Source: Nitrospirota bacterium
Lineage (GTDB): Bacteria; Nitrospirota; UBA9217
Length of the DNA: 64,000 nt
NCBI GenBank assembly: GCA_963790205.1
Contig: CAWBNQ010000005.1
Span: 160,001-224,000, forward strand
Reading direction: 5' to 3'
Below are positions 58,181-64,000 of this stretch, piece after piece. Each line of letters opens with the position of its first letter. Position 1 is the stretch's first letter. A program made the position numbers and the translations under genes. The notes under the pieces were generated by a model. That model searched no databases and was not told the origin of the DNA. It worked only from the letters and a program-made list of their open reading frames with translations.

Positions 58181-58802
58181 GTCTCTCTCCTGCAGGTACG
58201 CTATCCGCAAGCGTTGCGAACCTGGCGGCGATGGCGTGATAATCTTCCTGGGTATCCATGTCAAGAACAACGCCTTCATCAGGGACGTCGACCACCAGCA
58301 CCCGGTCGCCGTCCTCGCGGACCAGGTCGCGCAAGGTGGGCTGAAAGAATATGTCGCTGATGACCGGGAACGGAAAGAGACTGGGGTGCCCGCGTCTTCC
58401 TTCGAATGCCGGGATGATGATTTTTCCCGGTGACCGCTGATGCGCGTTGATGATCGCCTGGTACGTAGTGCGGCTCACGAGCGGGTGGTCAACCAGACAC
58501 ACGAGGACTCCCGAACAGGTTTCATCCACAGCGCGCAGGCCGGTCCGCACCGAATCCGCCATCTGGCTGTCCGGGACATTGTTCACGGCGATTCTGACCT
58601 TTGCTCCATGCAGCGCCTCGCTGCATGCCGCCTGCCCCGTCCCCGTGGTGACAACAACGAGGTCCTGCAATCCGGCCGCGGCGATGGTATCGACGCAGTG
58701 GCGCAGGACCGGCTTATTCCTGAGCAACAGAAGCTGCTTTGAAGTCCCCATTCTCCTGGACGAGCCTGCTGCAAGAAGCAGCGCTGCCACGCGAAACGCC
58801 AT
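58170..58802 (-). CDS. mocA: Molybdenum cofactor cytidylyltransferase-like nucleotidyltransferase
   Basis: LLAAGSSRRMG..KQLL, S...GL, L.DHP, GHP.LF, DMDT.EDY; next to xdhC. Confidence 0.8.
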   Translation of the reverse strand: MAFRVAALLLAAGSSRRMGTSKQLLLLRNKPVLRHCVDTIAAAGLQDLVVVTTGTGQAACSEALHGAKVRIAVNNVPDSQMADSVRTGLRAVDETCSGVLVCLVDHPLVSRTTYQAIINAHQRSPGKIIIPAFEGRRGHPSLFPFPVISDIFFQPTLRDLVREDGDRVLVVDVPDEGVVLDMDTQEDYHAIAARFATLADSVPAGERHVQ

Positions 58803-59559
58803 TCGCCCTCCTTTTTTGAATGATCTGCGCCATGATGCTCACGCTGATCTCCTCGGGCGTGATCGACCCGATCTCCACGCCCACGGGGATGATGACCCTG
58901 TTGACATCATCCTTGGAGAAGCCGCCTTCCTCCAAGGCCTTGTACAGCAAGGCCTTTTTGCGCCTGCTCCCGAGGAGGCCGATGTACCCGGCGCCGGTCC
59001 GAAGCGCGGCTTTGACGGCATCGAGGTCGTGGTTGTGTCCGCGGGTCGCCACGACCACGGAGGTATTGCCCTCCACGGGAATGCCGTCGAAAGCGCGATC
59101 GAATTGTTTGACCATCAGCTCGTCGGCATCGGGTATGTTCTCCCGGTTGGCGAACTCGTGCCGGTCGTCCACCACGCTCACGCGGAACCCGGTGAACCGC
59201 GCGAGCTTCGCCAGCGTTTTGCCCACATGGCCCGCTCCCAGGATCACGAGATGCGGTTCGAGCAGCAGCGGTTCAATGTACACAAGAACCGTGCCGCCGC
59301 AGACGAGTCCGCCTTCCCGTTCCGTGAGTTCGAACGGCAGCGTCGCCGGTTCGCCGTCCTTCAACGCCATAAGCGCGGCCTGCACCACGTCCGCCTCAAG
59401 GCATCCGCCGCCGAGCGTGCCCATCAGTGACCCGTCGTCCCGCACGAGCATTTTGGCGCCCTGCTTCTGCGGCGAAGACCCGCGGCATTCGACAATGGTC
59501 GCGATGGCCGATATCCGGCCCTGGCGCTTGAGCCTCAGCGCTTCTTCGTAGATCTGCAT
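58714..59559 (-). CDS. xdhC: XdhC/CoxI family Moco chaperone
   Basis: GSSP...GAKM, GTLGGG..E, CGG, GAGHV, DDR, TRGH..D, YIG.LGS.RK, P.EI..SI.A. Confidence 0.9.
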   Translation of the reverse strand: MQIYEEALRLKRQGRISAIATIVECRGSSPQKQGAKMLVRDDGSLMGTLGGGCLEADVVQAALMALKDGEPATLPFELTEREGGLVCGGTVLVYIEPLLLEPHLVILGAGHVGKTLAKLARFTGFRVSVVDDRHEFANRENIPDADELMVKQFDRAFDGIPVEGNTSVVVATRGHNHDLDAVKAALRTGAGYIGLLGSRRKKALLYKALEEGGFSKDDVNRVIIPVGVEIGSITPEEISVSIMAQIIQKRRANGVSRGSAASCSRLVQENGDFKAASVAQE

Positions 59560-59589
59560 GGATCACCTCGCTGAAAAAATCAAATTCTA

Positions 59590-59790
59590 TCAAACCGGAA
59601 AGAATATTTCACGCGGAGGCGCGGAGATCGCGGAGAAAAAATAATTTCATTTTTAAACTCCGTGTTCTCCGCGAACTCCTTGTGAGACGTCTTTTAATTC
59701 AAGCTTTTGGTTCCGGTTTGTCCGGGTCAGGAACGTTGTTCTGTTTGTAAAACAGGAACCAGCCCTTCCTCTGCGTTCTCTGCGGTTAAA
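59590..59790. repeat. Composite 9-nt-periodic palindromic element
   Basis: CACGCGGAGGCGCGGAGATCGCGGAG ... CTCCGTGTTCTCCGCGAACTCC; CTTTTGGTTCCGGTTTGTCCGGGT (inverse of the 48386 motif); orphan CTCTGCGTTCTCTGCGGTT. Confidence 0.72.
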
Positions 59791-59807
59791 ATTTTTTACC
59801 TCGTATC

Positions 59808-61973
59808 TTAAGCCTTCTTCATCGCCGCAAGCACGGTCTCCGGTTTCATCGGCAGCTCGCGCACCCTCGCCCCTGTCGCGGCGAATACCGCGTTCGCGAC
59901 CGCGGGCGCGAGCGGCGGCACGCCGGGCTCGCCGATCCCGCCCAGCGCCTCTCCGCTTTTGACGATATGCACGTCCACTTCGGGCGCTTCGCTCATTCGG
60001 AGAAGTTCGTAGTCCGCGAAGTTCTCCGATTTGACGCCTCCGTTCGCGAGCTCGATCTTCTCTTTAAGAGCAGCGGAGAGTCCCATGGTGATGCCGCCCA
60101 TCATCTGCGCGGAAACGATCGCGGGATTGACGACCGACCCGCAGTCAACGGCGCACGTCACTTTATGCACGATGATCGCCCCGCTTGCGCGGTCAACGGA
60201 GACCTCGGCCACCTCGGCAACGTAGCTGCCGAAGGACAGGCTGTAGGCAATTCCGCGAGCCCGGCCTTTCCCGGGCGGCCTGCCCCAACCGGCTTTTTCC
60301 GCGGCCGCCTGGAGCACGCGGGCGGCCCGGGGATGCTTCGTGAGCATGCTCAGCCTGAATTCGAGCGGGTCTTTCTTTGCCGCGTGGGCGAGCTCGTCAA
60401 CGAAGCTCTCGACCGTAAACGCGTTGTGCGAACTGCCGACCGAACGCCAGAACCCGACCGGCACCGGCGTGTCGAAACGCACGTACTCGACATGGACGTT
60501 CGGGACCTCGTACTCCATGTTCTCCACGCCTTCCACCGCGGCGCTGTCGATCCCGTTCTTCATGCTTCCCGGAAACACGCGGGCAAAAATCGAGGGACAG
60601 ACGATCCTGTGCGACCAGGCGGACACCCGGCCGTTTGCGTCCAGCGCAGCCTGGATCCTGGTCGCGTTCATGGGGCGGTAGAAATCATGTTGCATGTCCT
60701 CTTCCCGCTTCCAGATGAGTTTGATCGGTTTGCGCGTGGACTGGGACAGGAGCAGCGCTTCCTCGATAAAATCCCGCTCAAAGCGCCTGCCGAAACCGCC
60801 GCCGAGGTACGTGGTATGGACGTTCACCTGCCCGGGTTTCAGGCCGGTGATCCTGATTGCCGCTGCCAGCGTTCCCGTCTGGTTCTGCGTCGGGGCCCAG
60901 ATATCGCATTGGTCGGCGCGGACATCAACCGTGCAGTTCATGGGTTCCATGGTCGCATGAGCGAGAAACGGCAGCTGATACAAGGCCTCGATCTTCTCTT
61001 TCGATCGTCCGATCTCGGCCGCCGCGTCTCCGTCGTTCCTGGCAATGATCCCGGTTTCATCGAGCTTCGCGATGAACTCTTTTTCCAGGGACGCATTGCT
61101 CATCTCTGGAGAAGTTCCGTTCTGCCAGGCCGGCTTGAGCGCATCGCGTCCTTTCCATGCCGCATCGATGCTGTCCGCGCAGACCGCCATGCCGCTGCCC
61201 ACCGGCACGACCGCCCGGACTCCCGCCACAGCCAGCGCGGCAGCCGCGTCGTGCGAGGCCAGGTTCGCGCCATAGGCCGGCGGACGCGCGATCGCGGCAT
61301 AGAGCATGCCGGGGAGGAACGAATCGATGCCGAAGGCGGCCGTACCGTTCACCTTGTCGTGCATGTCGAGCCGCGGAAGGTCCTTCCCGATATACCGGAA
61401 CCGGCTTTCCTTCTTGAGCGCCGGGTTCTGCGGGACCTCGAGTTTCGCGGCCGCGGCCGCGAGCCTGCCGTAGGTGATCATTCTGCGGCCCTTCACCCGA
61501 CGGACCTTGCCGAGCTCGGCGACGCACTCCCTGGTCGATACGCCCCACTTCCGGGCCGCGGCGGTGATCAGCATTTCACGCGCGGCGGCGCCCGCTTTTC
61601 TCAGGGGCTCGTACATGTGCCGGATGCTGGAGCTGCCGCCGGTGGACTGCATGCCCCAGACGGGATCCTTATACGCGTCGCCCGCGGGAGCGACCTCCAT
61701 GCGGACATTCTTCCAGTCCGCGTCCAGCTCGTCGGCAACGATCATGGGCAGGGACGTATAAATGCCCTGGCCCATTTCGGATTTGTTCACCGTCACCATG
61801 ATGCTGTTGTCGGGCCGCACCTCAAGCCATACGCTCGGCCGGAAGGACGGACCCGCGTTCTCCAGCTCGGCGGCTGAAAGCAGGCGATATCCGGTTGACG
61901 TGGTTGCAACGGCGATGGCAAGGCCGGTTCCGGTCATTTTCAGAAATTGTCTTCTGGTCAGGTCGGTCTTCAT
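59808..61973 (-). CDS. Xanthine oxidase family molybdopterin subunit (isoquinoline 1-oxidoreductase beta / IorB-like), Tat-exported
   Basis: TRRQFLK Tat motif, SEMGQG, TGGS.S, AHATMEP, GGGFGRR, WRSVG, GGIGEPG. Confidence 0.92.
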   Translation of the reverse strand: MKTDLTRRQFLKMTGTGLAIAVATTSTGYRLLSAAELENAGPSFRPSVWLEVRPDNSIMVTVNKSEMGQGIYTSLPMIVADELDADWKNVRMEVAPAGDAYKDPVWGMQSTGGSSSIRHMYEPLRKAGAAAREMLITAAARKWGVSTRECVAELGKVRRVKGRRMITYGRLAAAAAKLEVPQNPALKKESRFRYIGKDLPRLDMHDKVNGTAAFGIDSFLPGMLYAAIARPPAYGANLASHDAAAALAVAGVRAVVPVGSGMAVCADSIDAAWKGRDALKPAWQNGTSPEMSNASLEKEFIAKLDETGIIARNDGDAAAEIGRSKEKIEALYQLPFLAHATMEPMNCTVDVRADQCDIWAPTQNQTGTLAAAIRITGLKPGQVNVHTTYLGGGFGRRFERDFIEEALLLSQSTRKPIKLIWKREEDMQHDFYRPMNATRIQAALDANGRVSAWSHRIVCPSIFARVFPGSMKNGIDSAAVEGVENMEYEVPNVHVEYVRFDTPVPVGFWRSVGSSHNAFTVESFVDELAHAAKKDPLEFRLSMLTKHPRAARVLQAAAEKAGWGRPPGKGRARGIAYSLSFGSYVAEVAEVSVDRASGAIIVHKVTCAVDCGSVVNPAIVSAQMMGGITMGLSAALKEKIELANGGVKSENFADYELLRMSEAPEVDVHIVKSGEALGGIGEPGVPPLAPAVANAVFAATGARVRELPMKPETVLAAMKKA

Positions 61974-62422
61974 TTCTTACCTCCCCGCGAGGCGAGCCGG
62001 ATCGCGCTCTTGATCTTGGGATACGTTCCGCAGCGGCACAGGTTGCCGTTCATGGCTTCGACCACCTTCGCGTCCGAGGGATGGGGCTCTTCGCTCAGCA
62101 GGGCCGATGCCTGCATGATCTGGCCCGGTTGGCAGTAGCCGCACTGCGGCACCTGCTCTTTGACCCAGGCCAGTTTCACGGGATGGCTTTCCGGCAGGCC
62201 TTCGATCGTGACGATCTTCCTGTCCTGCGCGGTTCCCGCCGGGGTCTGGCACGAGCGGATCGCCTTGCCGTCCAGGTGCACGGTGCAGGACCCGCACATG
62301 CCGATGCCGCATCCGAACTTGGTCCCCGTCAGCTTGAGATGCTCGCGGATGACCCAGAGCAACGGCACGTCTCCGGCGACATCCACCTCGTACTTTTTAC
62401 CGTTAATGTCCAACCGTATCAT
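61970..62422 (-). CDS. (2Fe-2S)-binding subunit (IorA-like)
   Basis: [33 protein letters not shown]. Confidence 0.95.
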   Translation of the reverse strand: MIRLDINGKKYEVDVAGDVPLLWVIREHLKLTGTKFGCGIGMCGSCTVHLDGKAIRSCQTPAGTAQDRKIVTIEGLPESHPVKLAWVKEQVPQCGYCQPGQIMQASALLSEEPHPSDAKVVEAMNGNLCRCGTYPKIKSAIRLASRGGKK

Positions 62423-62497
62423 AAAACACCTCCGTTCAGGTCATTTTCTCATAAGGCACGCAAAGGGTATGAACCCGCACCATGCCCGTTCGAGGCT

Positions 62498-62833
62498 TCA
62501 TTTTCCGTTCCCGTATTCCGTACTGAGATAATCGATGATCGTCTTCGAGTCCTCTTCATTGATCGGAGCGCCCATGACCTTGATCATCTTGTTGACCGTT
62601 GCGGTCCATTGCGCGCGGGGGAACAAAGGCTGCATGGTGATATAATCGAGGCTGTGGCAGATAGCGCAGAGTCCCGAGGTCTTTTCAACGCCCGGACCCG
62701 GCTTCAGCGTGGTTTTGATATCCGGAAGTTCAATGGAATGGACAGTTCCCTTCGGGGCCTGCTCCTGAGCTGAGAGAGCGCCTGGTGATACCGGCAGCAG
62801 CGACAACGCCAGCAGCAAGAAGAAACGTTTCAT
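62498..62833 (-). CDS. Monoheme cytochrome c (SorB-like)
   Basis: Signal peptide, CAICHSLDYI.MQP, W...V.KM....GAP; GGAGG RBS. Confidence 0.85.
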   Translation of the reverse strand: MKRFFLLLALSLLPVSPGALSAQEQAPKGTVHSIELPDIKTTLKPGPGVEKTSGLCAICHSLDYITMQPLFPRAQWTATVNKMIKVMGAPINEEDSKTIIDYLSTEYGNGK

Positions 62834-62843
62834 CTCCGACCTC

Positions 62844-64000
62844 CTATCGCACGGTAACGTCGACTTTTTCGACCTTGTTCCACAGATACCCCGCGGGGTT
62901 CCACGGGCCTTCGAACGGCTGCGACTCTCCGATGCTGTTCGTGGCCTTGGCCATGAGACGGTAGTTCCCGGCCCTTGTCGGCTTCCACGGGAGGGTCCAC
63001 TGGATCCAGGAATACTTGCCCAGGTCCTTTCCGAGTTTTGCTTCGCTCCAGGACCTGCCGCCGTCGGTGGAGACAACCACCTCTTTGATGCTGTAACCGC
63101 CGGAGAAGGCAATGCCGGTGATCTCCCGGGGTTTGTTCCTCGGAAGAGCGGCTCCGTCGGCCGGATCGATGATGAAGGACCGGGTCGTCATGCGATTGAC
63201 GGGGACGGTCTTCTTCGGCGTTGAACCCGGAGCCACGCACCCGCAGGGATTGTCGGGTATCCGGTAGGCCGTCTTGACCCAGAACCCCTCGAACGGGGAC
63301 GGCAAGACCGAGATCGTGCTCAGGGATTTGACCCAGTAGGTCGCATACCAGCCGGGAACGACGAGCCGCGCGGGGAAGCCGTTCAGCAGGGGTAGGGGCT
63401 TATTATTCATTTCGTAAGCAACGATAATATCTTCTTCCAAGGCCTTATCCACGGGCAGGCTCTTTACCAGGTCCGGCACCGTGGGAAGCGGCCCCTTGTC
63501 GAGCCCGTCGAAGCTCACGTCCACCGAACCGGCCTTGATCCCCGCCATGTTCAGGATGTCCTTGAGCCGCGCACCGGTCCAGGTGACATTTCCCATGGCC
63601 CCGTTCTGCCATTGACCTCCGATGACCCGGGGTTCGAAGAAGCTCCTGCTGTTGCCGGAGCACTGGATGACCGCCGTGTAAACGACCTTTTCGAATTTCG
63701 TCTTGAGGTCGTCCATCGAGAGCTGCAGTTCCTTGTCCGTGTTGCCGACAACGGCAAGACGCCAGGTAGCCATATCAACGGAGGTAGGGATGTCCGAAAT
63801 ATGCCACCGCACGAAAAGCTCGTCATTCGGAGTGATCAGTTTCGAAAAATAAGAAATCGGGGTTTCAAGCTGCGGCGGCCTGGCGGTAAGGAGATAGAGG
63901 TCCGTTTTCTCCGGAAACTTTGCCATTCTCCGGGGATCGGCTCCGGCGAATAGGTTCGCGGGAAACTCGCCGAGCGCGGTCATTGCGGTCATCATACTTG
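62844..64000 (-). CDS. Sulfite oxidase family molybdoenzyme (SorA-like), 5' end outside the window
   Basis: RPPQLETP, FVRWH, QCSGNSR, GAMGN..W.G..L, NGFP.RLVVPGWY..YWVK, WNP.GY..N. Confidence 0.9.
   Translation of the reverse strand, partial: SMMTAMTALGEFPANLFAGADPRRMAKFPEKTDLYLLTARPPQLETPISYFSKLITPNDELFVRWHISDIPTSVDMATWRLAVVGNTDKELQLSMDDLKTKFEKVVYTAVIQCSGNSRSFFEPRVIGGQWQNGAMGNVTWTGARLKDILNMAGIKAGSVDVSFDGLDKGPLPTVPDLVKSLPVDKALEEDIIVAYEMNNKPLPLLNGFPARLVVPGWYATYWVKSLSTISVLPSPFEGFWVKTAYRIPDNPCGCVAPGSTPKKTVPVNRMTTRSFIIDPADGAALPRNKPREITGIAFSGGYSIKEVVVSTDGGRSWSEAKLGKDLGKYSWIQWTLPWKPTRAGNYRLMAKATNSIGESQPFEGPWNPAGYLWNKVEKVDVTVR

Noticed and set aside
15150..59790. CRISPR array among the short repeats
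   Set aside because: No identical 23-47 bp repeats with unique spacers, and no cas genes.
59967..61877. 636 aa plus-strand ORF
   Set aside because: Antisense shadow of the GC-rich iorB-like gene; no recognisable motifs.

Overview
A gene-dense bacterial window, probably from an anaerobic or microaerobic Nitrospirota- or Desulfobacterota-like organism (inference from gene content only). 1-26.5 kb is a surface-polysaccharide/LPS locus: gmd, fcl, two DegT aminotransferases, an ACP/KAS III/acyltransferase cassette, wzx, wbaP, waaL, waaF-like, and many glycosyl- and methyltransferases. 26.6-31.6 kb holds obgE, rpmA, rplU and prmA. 36.9-47.1 kb is an N-oxide/redox region: globin-PsiE fusion, CBS, HPP, an octaheme Hao-like cytochrome, rubredoxin and norCB. 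It also carries two genes that the ORF track splits but that read through in-frame TGA codons, each followed by a SECIS-like hairpin: a CxU rhodanese and a UxxC PrdB-like selenoprotein. 47.3-54.6 kb is a TetR-associated ABC efflux system. 54.8-57.8 kb is an accessory segment (thermonuclease, zinc-ribbon membrane protein, AT-rich DUF4041/T5orf172 gene) abutting a truncated Moco-binding pseudogene. 58-64 kb is a molybdoenzyme cluster (mocA, xdhC, iorBA-like, sorBA-like). Intergenic regions, and two coding loops, carry periodic 6/7/8/9-nt inverted-repeat elements, some nested. No rRNA, intact tRNA or CRISPR array was seen. All calls come from reading motifs by eye; no database searches were run.
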